Assembly (NCBI GenBank): GCA_964016885.1
Contig: OZ024749.1
Span: forward strand, 35,650,001 to 35,714,000
Reading direction: 5' to 3'
Length of the DNA stretch: 64,000 bases
Source of the DNA: Eledone cirrhosa
Taxonomy: Eukaryota
Position numbers and translations under genes: made by a program. The notes beneath the pieces were generated by a model that had not been told where the DNA came from, made no database searches, and saw only the letters and a list, made by a program, of their open reading frames with translations. Every line of letters begins with the position of its first letter. Position 1 is the stretch's first letter. Positions 13,019 through 26,618 of this stretch are shown piece by piece.

Positions 13019-14280
13019 TGTTTCTACTTTTGGCACAAGGCCAGCAATTACCCTAGTGCATTACTGGTACTTTATTTTATCGACCCTGTAAGGATGAAAG
13101 GCAAAGTTAATAATAATGATTTCTAGTATGGGCACAAGGCCAGTAATTTTGGAGAGGGAAAAGTCGATTAAATCGACCCCAGTATATTACTGGTGCTTTA
13201 TTTTATCGACCCCGTAAGGATGAAAGACAAAGCTAACCTCGGTGGGATTTGAACTCAGAACATTAAAGGCTGAAACTCTATGCCAGAAAGCAAGTTGCTC
13301 TACCGATACCACCAACAAGGTTAGCTTTGCCTTTCATACTTACGGGATCGATAAAATAAAGTACCAGTAATGCACTTGGGGTCGATTTAATCAACTTTTC
13401 CCTCTCCTCGAATTGCTGAAGTAGAAACAACAATAATTGTTTCTGAAGTAGAAACAACAATAATTGTTTCTACTTTTGGCACAAGGCCAGCAATTAACCC
13501 AGTACATTACTGGTACTTTTATTTTATCGACCCCGTAAGGATGAAAGGCAAAGTCAATCTCGGCGGGATTTGAACTCAGATCGTAAAGGGACATAACTAT
13601 GCTGGAAAACATGGCGTCCGACCCTCTACCGATACTGTCAATCCACCGCCTTTATAATAATAATAATAATGGCTTCTAATTTTGGCACAAGCCCAGCAAT
13701 TTGTTGAGGAGAGGAAAGTTGATTAAATCTATCCCAGAACTTTACTGGAAGTTTATTTTATTGAGTCTGGGTGAATGATAAAGTTGCCCTTAGCAAGATT
13801 TGAACTCAGAACATGAAAAAGCATGAAGAAATATGGCAAAGCATTATGATCAACATCTTGACAACTCTGCCCATTATTTAGACACAAGGCCAACGATCTA
13901 GAGGAGGTGAAAGTTGAATAAATCAACCCAGTCATTACTGGTACTTTATTTTATTGACCCCGTAAGTATGAAAGGCAAAGCTAACCTTGGTGGGATTTGA
14001 ACTCAGAATATGGCTCAAAGCATTTTGTCTGATGTTCTACCAATAGTGCCAACCCATCACCATCTATAATAATAATGGTTTAGAATTCAGGCATAAAACC
14101 AACAATTTGTGTGGGGGGTTGGGGATTGATTATATTGGCCCTAGTGCTTTACTGGTTCTTCATTCTATCAAGCCCAGAAGTTAGTCTCAGTGGGATTTCA
14201 GCTCAGAATGTAAACGTTTATAACTAGATATCTGAAAAAAACACTTGGTTTGACACTCCAATAATTCTGCCAATTCAAAC
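12885..14280. mobile_element. Cluster of about 8 SINE family A copies/fragments
   Basis: Repeated ggcacaaggccagc...atcgaccccgtaaggatgaaaggc...tttgaactcag; both orientations. Confidence 0.85.
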
Positions 14281-14468
14281 ATACAAGAACCTAATATATT
14301 TACTGTACATCTAATGTCATTTCATGATATGCATTTCAATGGAAAGAGAGATAGATTGACAGAAAGCTAAAGGTTTGCAAACAATCTAATTATAGATACA
14401 CACACAAGGAGACAGACACACACATACATATATGTACACACACACACATACATGCATATATATATATA

Positions 14469-14516
<48 letters not shown>

Positions 14517-14528
14517 TATATATATATA

Positions 14529-14765
14529 TGCAAAAGTTCTATTTAAAATTGTTGAGATACAACAAGTAAATATTTTATAACTGATATAAAGCACTCGACA
14601 AGTTTTTGGAGTAGATATACGATATTAAATAAATGGAAACTATATTTATAAAACCATATTTATTTCATTATACATATTTCAGGGATACCAGGTATCCCTG
14701 AAATATGTATAATGAAATAAATATGGTTTTATAAATATAGTTTCCATTTATTTAATATCGTATAT
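14529..14765. mobile_element. Palindromic element with collapsed centre, plus tail
   Basis: Perfect palindrome 14615-14765 centred on 14690; tail hairpin gcactc..gagt 14591-14612; same family as 55120-55376. Confidence 0.8.
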
Positions 14766-14767
14766 AT

Positions 14768-14922
14768 AATAATGATAATAATGAAATTATTATGTAAAGT
14801 GCTCAGATGCACCACAACTCGTCAATATAGTACATAGAATAATACACAAATGTCAGGGAAGTACATGTGTGTATGTGTTAGCTGTAGTGTTGGCGGATCT
14901 CGGGAAGCATGGAGGCTTTAAA

Positions 14923-14925
<3 letters not shown>
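14768..14925 (-). mobile_element. CR1-like LINE 3' UTR fragment
   Basis: Matches 23190-23395, with (TTA)n tail. Confidence 0.7.
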
Positions 14926-14956
<31 letters not shown>

Positions 14957-14958
<2 letters not shown>

Positions 14959-15157
14959 AGATCTCTCTGTACTTGTCATCACAGGGTACAATGGGCCTAA
15001 CACTGTGTGTCAGTAATTGTCACAAGTGTAGTGTTTGTACCAGAGTTTTCAAGTCGCTGGCTGGACTAAAAAGTCACACTCGTTCAGCGCATCAGTAGGG
15101 GTTCTCCTACATGGATATAAAGTAGTGGCCGTACTCGAAAACGAGTTGGCAGCCACC
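14957..15157. repeat. Dispersed repeat X, truncated copy 2
   Basis: Same ggcagccacc terminus as 8049 and 24254. Confidence 0.85.
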
Positions 15158-15723
15158 ATTTGTAAATGTATACATGATTATTTAGAAAATAAAGAGTTTT
15201 ATTTTTGCTTCTCATATTCCATTTCAATTTTCAGTTTTGTTTGAAGACCCTGTTAAATATTACTGGAGAATAATCTAGAACCAGTAGAAATAGCTTTAGC
15301 TTGATAAATATAATTTATAATGCTGTAATTGACTTCCTAAATTATTCCCTTCACATTCTTCCTTAATAATTGATTGAAAAACGAAGGTAGAATTTAAAAA
15401 AAAATTTGTGAGTTGAAATATATTTATTTATCCTGTGGCAATGGGCAATGTGTACATTGTGTGTGCATTTGAATGTATATATATATATATATATGTGTGT
15501 GTGTATGTATACATGTATGTGTGTGTGTGTGTCTATGTGTGTATGCATGTGTGTGTATGTATATATGTGTGTGTATGTGTTGTGATATGCATAATTATAT
15601 ATATATATATATATATATATAAACACACATATTTGTATATATCCTGAAGTCATATCTGCCTTAATCATATATGCATATATTTATATATATGTATTCATGA
15701 GTCTCTCTCTCTCTCTCTCTTTC

Positions 15724-15764
<41 letters not shown>

Positions 15765-16179
15765 CAGAGAGAGAGGGGGGGGTGTATGTATATGAATGTA
15801 TGTGTGAGTGTATGCATGTATAAGATTGTATATGTACACATACATATATATATCTGTTCAAACAAACAGGAATATTATACTTATGAGTGAAACAAGCTAC
15901 ACAACATCTCGATAGAAAATGAATAGCTTATCTCCCTTTACTCCTTCCGGCAACTTCTTCTATTAAAGTCACATGCAGTGATTCCTATTTCACATCTACT
16001 CAGATGGAAGGTGTAGTAATGTCCTCAAGTTTAATTGTAGAGCCATACAAACACATTTACACACACACACACACACACATATATATATGGGACTGGGGAG
16101 CTCCATAGAGGTAGTTAATAGGTTCTGTTAGCTAGGTGACCTAATAGATAGTGGAGAAGATTGCTTTGAAAGTATAGTA

Positions 16180-16629
16180 GCTAAAATAAAAATAGGGAAA
16201 AAGGTTTCTTGCTACAAACAAAAAGCTGGCCGTATGATGTCTGCATAGGAAGTGCAATGTTGCATGAACACGAAACGTGGGAAGTAGGCTGAAAAGAGAT
16301 GAAACAAACATGCTTTGATGGAAGTATGATGTTAATGTGCATAAATGGCAAAGCATGGATGGTCTGAGAGAAAAACTGGGTGTAAAAGAAATCAAATGTA
16401 GTGTATCAGAGAGAAGATTGTGATGGTATGAATATATGATGTGTATGAATAATGTTTGTTGTGTGAAGAAGTGACAGGAGTTCTCAGTAGAAGGAATCTG
16501 CAGTAAAGGAAGACCAAGAAGACCTGGGCAGAAGGGGTGAGAATGGATTCAAAATGTTGAACAACCTCACAAAGATAATGATGAAGGGATACAGAAATAC
16601 AGTATGTGGAGGAAAGCTGTGTTGGAAAA
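16180..16629 (+). mobile_element. Decayed RTE LINE fragment
   Basis: Similar to 21790-22230. Confidence 0.7.
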
Positions 16630-16695
16630 TATATATATATCTGTCTCTGATTTTCGGACCCATGGATTTTTATATATTCCTTTGTTATATTTCAA

Positions 16696-16753
16696 ATACC
16701 TGATGATATCACCGGATTCATACGGAACCCGGTCATTGAAATGATCATAGTAT
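16696..16753 (+). ncRNA. Type I hammerhead ribozyme in a (TA)n-flanked insert (16641-16807)
   Basis: atac-CTGATGA-[accgg/ccggt stem II]-GAAA-t-gatc-a-TA-gtat, then AATAAA 16754-16759. Confidence 0.85.
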
Positions 16754-16803
16754 AATAAATTTTTCAAGGATTTACACCAGTCCAGCCTCCTGTTATTTTA
16801 TTC

Positions 16804-16849
<46 letters not shown>

Positions 16850-16860
16850 TATATATATAA

Positions 16861-17075
16861 AGTAAGTAGGATCAAAGTCACTGTTGCAGCATATATAAAC
16901 TTTATTGGTATATTACAATTGTTTCTATATCGATCAGCTCAGAGTTCAATCATAATGACTGGGACCTGACTCTTCCTTGACATCTTCTAAGATATGTGAG
17001 TTTATATGTGCAAAGACATATCCAAACTCACACTCGCCTGTAATTGTTACACACTTAACCAACACACACATAACA
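16861..17075 (-). mobile_element. Decayed single-arm relative of the 30167 element
   Basis: Minus strand catat-CTTAGAA..gagtcaggt..gagctgatc..GAAAcaattgTAatat..aataaa aligns with 30301-30420. Confidence 0.6.
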
Positions 17076-17076
17076 T

Positions 17077-17185
17077 AGTAATAATAATTACGAAGACCAG
17101 AATCCAAAGAATTTTAGAAGAACCCGTAGTAGGGTGAAAGCACCAATTCTTTGCTGAAACTTTAATCTGTACTAATAATATATAT
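17077..17185. mobile_element. Diverged family g copy
   Basis: tagtaataataa..gaagac..aatccaaaga tail end joined to agaagaacccg..gggtgaaagc..actttaatctgt arm. Confidence 0.65.
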
Positions 17186-17264
17186 ATCCCATATAATCGA
17201 ACATGTATATTTATGAATATTTCTCTCCTTACCGTTTTATATACATACATACATATATATATAT

Positions 17265-17295
<31 letters not shown>

Positions 17296-17322
17296 AAAAT
17301 ATATATATATATACATATATAT

Positions 17323-18046
17323 CATCATCATCATCATCAGGTTTAGCGTCCGTGTTCCACGCTTGCATGGGTTTGGACGGGGGTTTTCCCACTTGAGGCA
17401 AGAGTGGTTGTCTTGCTCACATAGGACTGTCTGGCGGGTTTTCTACAGTGGGATGCCCTTCCTAACACCAACCACATTTACAGTGTGGGGCTGGGAGGTT
17501 TTTACCGTGTTGCCTACACGGCCACATTACAGCGTGGACTGTCTGGCGGGTTTTCTACAGCTGGATGCCCTTCCTAACACCAACCACATTTACAGTGTGG
17601 GGCTGGGAGGTTTTTACCGTGTTGCCTACACGGCCACATTTACAGCGTGGACTGTGTGTTTTTTTGTCGTGACACCTACACGATCTCATTTGTTTCGCCC
17701 TGGATGTTGTGGGACCAACATAACTTTACATTGAAAGGGGCGGTGTGGATGGGGTGGAGGTGGTGGGACGGGGGTGTGTTTTGATAGAGATGCCTACTGA
17801 CTGTAGTAGGTTTTTACTTTGTATTTAGGTAAGGCGGGTCTTCTCTATTACTGAGTACCGCCAAAGGTCTCGGTCCAGTGACATTGTCTTGGAGAGGTGT
17901 AAGCGTGTGAGGTCGGAATTTATCAGCTCGTCCCATGTTTTTCTGGGTCTGCCTACTCCGTGGCTACCGTCTATCTTTATTGCCCTGCACTTTGTTATAC
18001 AGCTGTCGTCTTTCATGCGCATCACGTGACCGTACCAACGTACCAA
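17323..18046 (-). mobile_element. RTE LINE 3' end with long modular 3' UTR
   Basis: [23 protein letters not shown]; (GAT)n tail; near-identical to 42535-43030. Confidence 0.85.
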
Positions 18047-18505
<459 letters not shown>

Positions 18506-19276
18506 ATTTCTCTTCTTACTGGTATATATATAGGGTACAAGAGGCAATTAAGGAAATGAAGAATGGGGATAGTTACTGAGATGCTGAAGGCATCAGGAGA
18601 AGTAGGCACTAAACTAATTGCATGCATAATTAATCAAGCTATATATGGTGGTGTCATACCCAAAGACTGGTGCAGCAGTATTCTCATAAATTGCTACAAA
18701 GGTAAAGGGGATGCTCTAGAGAGGAGAAATTATAGGGGCATAAAGCTGATGGATCAGGTTATGAAAGTGGCAGAGAGAATATTAGCGCAACTGATTAGAG
18801 AAAGGGTCAAATTAGATGAGATGCAGTTTGGTTTTGTGCCTCAGAAAAGTACAACAGATGCCCTCTTCTTAGTGAGGCAACTGCAAGAGAGGTTCTTAGA
18901 GAAGAATAAGCCACTATACTCAGCTTTTGTTGACCTAGAGAAGGCCTTTGATAGAGTACACCGATCTGTCATCTGGTGGTCCCTAAGGAAACTAGGTGTA
19001 GAGGAATGGCTTGTGAGGACAGTGCAAGCTATGTACAGGGTGCTGTCAGTAAAGTGAGAATAGGAATGGAGTTTAGTGAGGAATTCCAGATACATCAGGG
19101 TTCGGTCCTCAGCCCGCTCTTGTTCATTATAGTCCTCCAAGCCATAACAGAGGAGTTTAAGACTGGCTGCCCATGGGAACTTCTCTATGCTGATGATCTG
19201 GTTCTTATAGCAGAATCAGTAGAGGAGCTAGAGAATAAATTCTGGCTATGGAAACAGCAGTTGGAATCAAGAGGCC

Positions 19277-21380
19277 TGTAGCGGTTGTCTCCCTTGTTTG
19301 GATTAACATCTAGACGGGAAGTAGAACCCTTTCTGTAACTTCCGGTCAGAACCCTATAAAACTAACAACTTTAAGTTCTCACCCTCTCATTTGCCTCTGC
19401 CTCTCATTTAACCTTCCGGCGCCTGGCTGGCCTTAGCCAGGCGTCCTCTGCCAGCCGCGTTTGCCTGGCAATCAAAACGGTAACGACTAACTTTGTTTCA
19501 TTCTATCATCTATTTCTTTAACATGTCAACTATACTATCTACCATTGTTAATTAAATATTATACACACAAACGATGTATTCCTTGTTACATTCATACAAC
19601 CCAGTATCTTCGCTATATTGGTAACCCTGACGTGATACGAACACGCAGCCGTTCATCGCTATAAGTGGTCACCCCGAAAAAAGAAAAAGATAGCAGATTC
19701 TGGAGTTGTGTGGGTAACATTACGAATACACAGCAAATTTATCGACAAACTATGAGAATACTCAAAGAAACGGACACACGCACATGTGGAATTCGCGTTC
19801 AGACAGACTTTTTCTCTCACGCATCAACTAACTGTCGCATTTCACGATATATATTCTCGTTTCTTACAACGAACACTTTCAAAACAAAAAAAAAATAAAA
19901 AACATTTCACGATATATATATATGTTTCTCGTTTCTTACAACGAACTCTTTCAAAACAAAAAAAAAAGAAATTTGATATTCTTTAAAAAACATTTCAACA
20001 GGAACATTTATTTTCGATGAACCATTGCCTTTTTGTTCATCGTTTTCTTCATCGTTCAAGTTTTTTTTCCAAAGTTCACACCAATAATTATGCTGAGTGA
20101 AGCCTTTCTTTTTCATCATTGTCACTTTCAAAATTGTACTATCATTTTCTCGCGCGTTAGAAATATTATTTTTTCAACCTTGTATTGGCACGTGTAGGCA
20201 GCACAAATTCTCGACTCACAGAGATAGCCGCACGCCAGAGATAACGTTTCTCGCCAAGGATTCTTCAGCCTTAAGCTATATTCTCCTATTTGCCGGTTTA
20301 AAAATTTACTACGTAAATTTGCCGTTGAAAACTGCGCATTTATTCAGAATGCTTATTTCTTTGGTCGCTGGCCTCTTGACCCTTCCAGGTCAACGCATTC
20401 TCAACATCGACCATCAACTTTGGCTGCTATTTCTAGCACTTTGCGCAACTCATTTTTTTTCTAAAAAAAAAAAATTTTTTTTACTGTGAATTTAAACACC
20501 GAATACGCTCACTCAGCGAGACAACAGCAGCTGCAACAGCAACAGCAATATAACAGCAACAGCAATACAGCAGCAACAGCAGCAGCAACACCAACAGCAA
20601 TATAACAGCAACAGCAATATAACAGCAACAGCAATACAGCAGCAACAGCAATACAGCAGCAGCAGCAGCAACAGCAACAGCAATACATCAACACAGCTGC
20701 ACCAACAACCAAAGCCAGAGAATTTATTTTTGCAGCACTCTTCCTGTGAGAAAATCCATTCGGAGGTTGGAAATTTCACGATATACCACAGAACAGAAAC
20801 CACCTGCATTCATTCTCTGGAACACACTTTCTTTCCTGCTGTCATGTGATTGCACACCTGTGAACTATATTTTGTACATTTGAACTTTGAGCCCTTCTCT
20901 TACTTTACGACCTTGATATCTATCATTAATTTTTGCAAACATTCTTTTGTCGTAATTTTCATGCCTGTTACAACATTCTCGCCAACTTGCTACATATTTC
21001 AATTCGATTTTTATATTCTAAAATTCTGGCGGGAGGTTATGTAGCGGTTGTCTCCCTTGTTTGGATTAACATCTAGACGGGAAGTAGAACCCTTTCTGTA
21101 ACTTCAGGTCAGAACCCTATAAAACTAACAACTTTAAGTTCTCACCCTCTCATTTGGCTCTGCCTCTCATTTGGCCTTCCGGCGCCTGGCTGGCCTTAGC
21201 CAGGCGTCCTCTGCCAGCCGCGTTTGCCTGGCAATCAAAACGGTAATGACTAACTTTGTTTCATTCTATCATCTATTTCTTTAACATGTCAACTATACTA
21301 TCTACCATTGTTAATTAAATATTATACACACAAACGATGTATTCCTTGTTACATTCATACAACCCAGTATCTTCGCTATA
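19277..21380 (+). mobile_element. Non-autonomous LTR retrotransposon (Gypsy-like)
   Basis: 341-bp LTRs 19277-19617 and 21040-21380 (about 5 differences by eye), termini TGTAGCG..CGCTATA, 4-bp TSD GGCC, tRNA-Trp PBS at 19619, PPT-like ggcgggagg 21028-21036, no pol ORF. Confidence 0.92.
20520..20712. repeat. (CAG/CAA)n tract inside the LTR element
   Basis: Direct reading. Confidence 0.9.
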
Positions 21381-22758
21381 GGCCTGAGAGTGAACATAAC
21401 TAAAACAAAAGTGTTGATAAGTAGAAGAGAGGACAATACTCTGATTCCATCGGGGAAATGGCCATGTTCGATATGTAGGAAAGGAACTGGCATACATTCC
21501 ATAAAATGTACGCAATTAAGATCTTGGGTACACAAGAGATGTAGTTAGTGGGATAGCAGGCAAACTAACAGGTAGGGAAAACTACGTATGCAGTAGATGT
21601 ACAGGGAAAGTTGGCAGTAGTAATCGCAGTGATAGACACATTTTTCCAATGCAGGTGGGTTCTATAGAAGTGGTTGATAGCTTCTGGCACCTAGGTGATC
21701 AGATTAGCAGGGGGGGGGGGTTTCCAAGGCCATAGTATCTAGAATAAGGAGGGTGGGAAGAAGTTTAGGGACCTGCTTCCTCTGTTGACAAAGAAAGGTT
21801 TCTTCCTGCGTACAAAAGGATGGTTATATGATGCCTGTGTGAAATGCGCGATGCTGCATGGTAGTGAGACATGGGCAGCAACTGCAGAAGATATGCGACG
21901 GGTGGAGAGAAATGAAGCAAGTATTCTCCGTTGGATGTGCAATGTCAATGTGCATGAACGACCAAGCATAGACGAGTTGAGAAAGAAACTGGGTATAAGA
22001 GGGATAAGTTGTGGTGTGCAGGAGAGAAGGCTGAGATGGTATGGACATGTGATGTGCATGGAGGATGACCGCTGGGTAAAGAAGTGCCAAGGAATCCCAG
22101 TAGAAGGAAGATGCAGTAGAGGTAGACCACGAAAAACATGGGCGGAGGTGGTGAGGGAAGACCTCAGATCGCTGAAACTCACCGAGGAGATGACGACGGA
22201 CCGTGACAAGTGGAGAGATGCTGTGCTGAATAGGAACCGTCCAACCCATGCAAGCAGGGAAAAGCGGGCGTAAAATGATGATGACGATGATGATATACAC
22301 ACACAAATACACGTATACACGTGCTGGCGTTAACAGTAATCGATACCTTCCTTTATCATCAGTTCACTAGATATCCTTTCTTCTCTCTTCATGTCCATCA
22401 CATTACCTGTTATACTTTGATTATTTATTAAAGTTTTCCTCCATTTCATTATATGTTGACTTGCCTGCCCTCTGGCACAATACATTTACACTCAATTGCT
22501 ATCGTATCATCATACTGATAGCCTCCAGGCATGGAATCATTATACAGATCGATTTTAATGACAAGTATATTGATTGATCAGTGGTAGAGCCACTAAGTTG
22601 CTGACTTATTACACACTATATCAGAGGCTCTCAAACCTTTTGGGCCGCTGCCCCCTCACAGCCATGTAATGCCCTCAGTGACCCCCGAACCCTATTTCCA
22701 CGCAAATTGTAAATGATATATAATAAATAAAATCGTTAATTTATATATAATAAATAAT

Positions 22759-22947
22759 TGTTTCTACTTTTGGCACAAGGCCAACAATTATCCCAATGTA
22801 TTACTGGTTCTTTATTTTATCGACCCCCGTAAGGATGAAAAGCAAAGTTAACCTAAGCAGGATTTGAACTCAGACCGTAAAGGGACGTAACACTGGGCTG
22901 CAAAGCATGGCGTCCGACCCTCTACTGATACTGCCAATCCACCGCCC
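22759..22947 (-). mobile_element. Full-length SINE family A with 19-bp TSD
   Basis: TSD tttatatataataaataat at 22740-22758 and 22948-22966. Confidence 0.9.
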
Positions 22948-23189
22948 TTTATATATAATAAATAATATATATACTATATAATTAGAAAGTGAACAATACA
23001 AAATATAACTACTCCATTACCAAAGGTTTCAGGATCACAGACGATAATAATATATGTCTGGATCGGTCATCAGACAGAGATGTTATGGATAAAAGATATG
23101 AAATGAGATTTAAAATCTGTTAAAAATTGGAAGTGAGGCTGGAAAAATAATGGGAAATATACATAAGAAAAGAAGGGTAAGAAAAATAT

Positions 23190-23667
23190 AATAATAATAA
23201 TAATGAAATTATTGTGTAAAGTGCTCAGGTGCACTACAACTCATCAATGGTGCATGTATAGTACATAGAATAATATACAAATGTCAGGGAAGTGAATAGT
23301 GTATGAGTCATGATATACATGTGTGTATGAGTATGGAGGGGAGAATATTAGGTGTAGTGTTGGCGAATCTCGGGAAGCATGGAGGCCTTAAAGGATGCAG
23401 TGTCTCAACAGCTAACAACCGATGCAGGTAGTTTGTTCCATGCTTCAGCAACTCTGAGCGTGAAGTAATGTTTCCGAAAGTCATGGGAGCTGTGCTGTTT
23501 TCTGACTTTGTGGGCATGCCCACGTGTGTTGTTAGACACATGGAAATCAAAAAGGTACTCAGGGTTGTTGTTGGCAAGATGGTTAACAATTTTGTGGGTG
23601 TTTACCAAGTCAGTTGCCAGGCGTCGGAGCTTCAATGTATCCATGCCCAGGGAAGCAAGGCGTTGAG
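23190..23667 (-). mobile_element. CR1-group LINE 3' fragment
   Basis: LKLRR..DL..TRGH..K..F..RV..AWNKLP C-terminal motifs; (TTA)n tail. Confidence 0.85.
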
Positions 23668-23956
23668 AGTATGAATAAAAAATATATAGCAATATAGAAA
23701 AAGACATATGTACATACATATATACACACATATACACATGTTCAGATAAAAGGAAAAAATATATATATGTATATATACATGTATATGTATAGATATATGT
23801 GAGTGTGTATATGTATTTGTATATGTCTGTATGCATGTCTGTATATGTTTTTATGTTTTTATGTGTGTGTGTGTGTGTGTGTGCGTGTGTGTGTATATAT
23901 GCGTATGTATATGTATATGTCCGTGTACATGTATGTTTGTGTATATATATATGTAT

Positions 23957-24254
23957 TTGGTAAATATCATCTTGGTTAAGAGAGTGAGACTGGCTTTGTG
24001 CAGTGCCTTTGCTCACTATAAAAGCTTCACGGCACAGCCATTGCTTTATATCTGGAGATCTCTCTGCACTTATCGTCACATGGTAGCATGGGCCCAGCAC
24101 TATGTGTCAATAATTGTCACAAGTGTAGTGTTTGTACCAGAGTTTTCAAGTCGCTGGCTGGACTAAAAAGTCACACTCGTTCAGCACATCGGTAGGGGTT
24201 CTCCTACATGGATATAAAGTAGTGGCCGTACTCGAAAACGAGTTGGCAGCCACC
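23957..24254. repeat. Dispersed repeat X, copy 3
   Basis: Same two ends as 7752-8049. Confidence 0.85.
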
Positions 24255-25374
24255 ATGCATGTATGTATATATACATATATATATTTTTCCTTTTATCTGA
24301 ATGTGTGTATATATGTATGTACACATGTGTCTTTTTCTATATTGCTATATATTTTTATTTTTCTTACTCTTCTTTTTAACAGATTTTAACAGATTTTAAA
24401 TCTCATTTCATATCTTTTATCTATAACATCTCTGTCTGATGAATGATACAGACTTATATTATTATTGTCTGTGATCCAGAAACCTTTGGTAATGGAGTAG
24501 TTATATTGTGTATTGTTCACTTTCTAATTAAATACCTCTGTTCTATACACAGAGCACTCTTCTTTCCTTTGCTTTTCCTTTGGAATTACCTAACATATAT
24601 ATATACTATGTATAAATAAATATTATATTATATATTTTTTATTTTACTTTTTTAATATATAATATGTATCATTTGATATTTAATGTACTATTATATCATC
24701 TCCACCCCCACCACCCATTGCCCCCTTAGGCTTCAGTGCCCACCTTGAGAACCTCTGCACTATATGAACCATTCAAAACAAGATGGATTTAGTGTTTGTT
24801 TTTATCCTTTCTGTTGTTATTTGTTATTTTAATTGATCCCTAGTTATTAATAAATACTTCCCAACACACACACACACATATACACACATGCAAACACACA
24901 CACACAAACACACACGCAAACACACACACAAACACACACACACACAGCCACACAGGTTATTTTCTGAAAATCATCTCTGTATGCTCTCTTCAAATTGTAT
25001 ATTGTTATGTTTTGTTGTTGTTTTTTTTTGTTTATTTGTGGTTGAGAGTTGATAAAATATTAATTAATTAATCTAGCTTAGTTATGATACCCTTGGATGG
25101 ATTAAGTCTGACTTTCTCCCTGACCAGTCCACCCACCGCCACATATGAAATTTGGCAGAGTGCCTTCATGTTTGAAAATATGATAATTAATAGCAATGTG
25201 TATATATGTATGTATGTATGTATGGATGTATGTATGTATGTGTATGCATGTATGTGTGCATGAATGTATGGACACACATGCACATACACACTCATACACA
25301 CACGCACATATATATTATAAAGAGTCTGAGCCTGACAGCTGAGCTCTTGCAGTTTCAACTGCTAGTTCCAGACT

Positions 25375-25432
<58 letters not shown>

Positions 25433-25435
<3 letters not shown>

Positions 25436-25776
25436 TCATCATCATCATTTCATTTTAGGTCCGCTTTTTCCCTGCTTGCAAGGGTGGGACGGGAACTGAT
25501 GCTGGCTTGATTTCTACAGCTGGATGCCCTTTCTAACACCAACTTCATTTACAGTGAGTGCTGGGTGCTTTTTTGCCGTGGCACCTCCACGACCACTTTG
25601 CAGTGGAATGATATGGACCCCAGTCCCTATCATCTCATTTCTACAGCTGAGTAAACTGGAGCAATGTGAAATAAAGTGTCTTGCTCAAGGAAACAACACA
25701 TCACCCGGTCTGAGGATTGAACTCACAATCTTTCGATTGCAAGGCCAATGCTCTAACCACTAAGCCATGTGCCTCC
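25433..25776 (-). mobile_element. Young tRNA-CORE SINE with RTE-derived tail (family C)
   Basis: Near-identical to 35155-35503 and 52100-52437; A/B boxes; (GAT)n tail. Confidence 0.9.
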
Positions 25777-26618
25777 ATATATATATATATATATATATAC
25801 AATCTTCTGCTGCCCTTCTTATAATAATGTTAAAATAAAAGTAATGATAATGATGAAGATAATAATAATAATATTGATAATAAAAATTAAAAATAATAAT
25901 AATCTTTTTCAGGATCTGCCAGCACCATTCCTTTTTTTATATATATAAAAAATTAAAAAGTGAAGTTAAAGACTCGCAATCATCCCCTATAATTTAATGA
26001 TCCCGAGGTTTTAAATCCCCTCTGTTTGAACACATATATCTATGTTTACTTCTCTCTATATGCTGATATGTATATATATATAAATAAAATAAAATAAAAT
26101 AAGATAAATAAATACATACACAAGCACAATAACAACAAGCACATAAACACACACTAGTCACCCAGCAGACACAACACTATACACACTAGTCACACAGCAC
26201 ACATAACACTATACACACACGCAAACGCATGCGCAAAGAAGACAAAATAAAATAAAATAAACAAACAAGCAAATAAATAAATAAATATATAGACAGACTG
26301 AATAAAAAAAATGGCGTAGACATACAACACAACAGGAGGAACAAAGAATATAACACCACTGATGATGTTGCAGATGTGCAACGAAAGATTTATGTAAATT
26401 ATGTAAACTATATATATGTGTTTGTGTCTATATTGTATCTGTATTATTTTTGACCGTCGGTCAGTCAATGGCAACATTGAGGACCGAGTAAGTTAGATCG
26501 CAGATATAAAAGACAGCGAGAAGCGAAAACCAACCAAACAGTGAGTGTGTTCTGTTATTAATTCTGGCAATATTACGCAAATATGACCCTCCCCAAGTAT
26601 AACAATATATATATATAT

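Larger units (their letters stand above)
18533..22293 (+). mobile_element. 5'-truncated RTE LINE (RT pseudogene) split by an LTR element
   Basis: [57 protein letters not shown]; LESRG|LRVNITKTKV rejoins across 19276/21385; frameshifts; (GAT)n tail. Confidence 0.95.
22979..24593. mobile_element. Palindromic hammerhead element, interrupted
   Basis: Left arm 22979-23185 plus 23676-23780, right arm about 24263-24530; hammerheads 23012-23079(-) and 24430-24497(+) (ctctgt-CTGATGA..GAAA-cc-ttt-gg-TA-atggag); tail hairpin ctctgt/acagag after 24530. Confidence 0.8.
22622..24757. mobile_element. hAT (Charlie-like) MITE expanded by nested insertions
   Basis: TIRs cagaggctctcaa / ttgagaacctctg; 8-bp TSD CACTATAT at 22614-22621 and 24758-24765. 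Confidence 0.85.
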
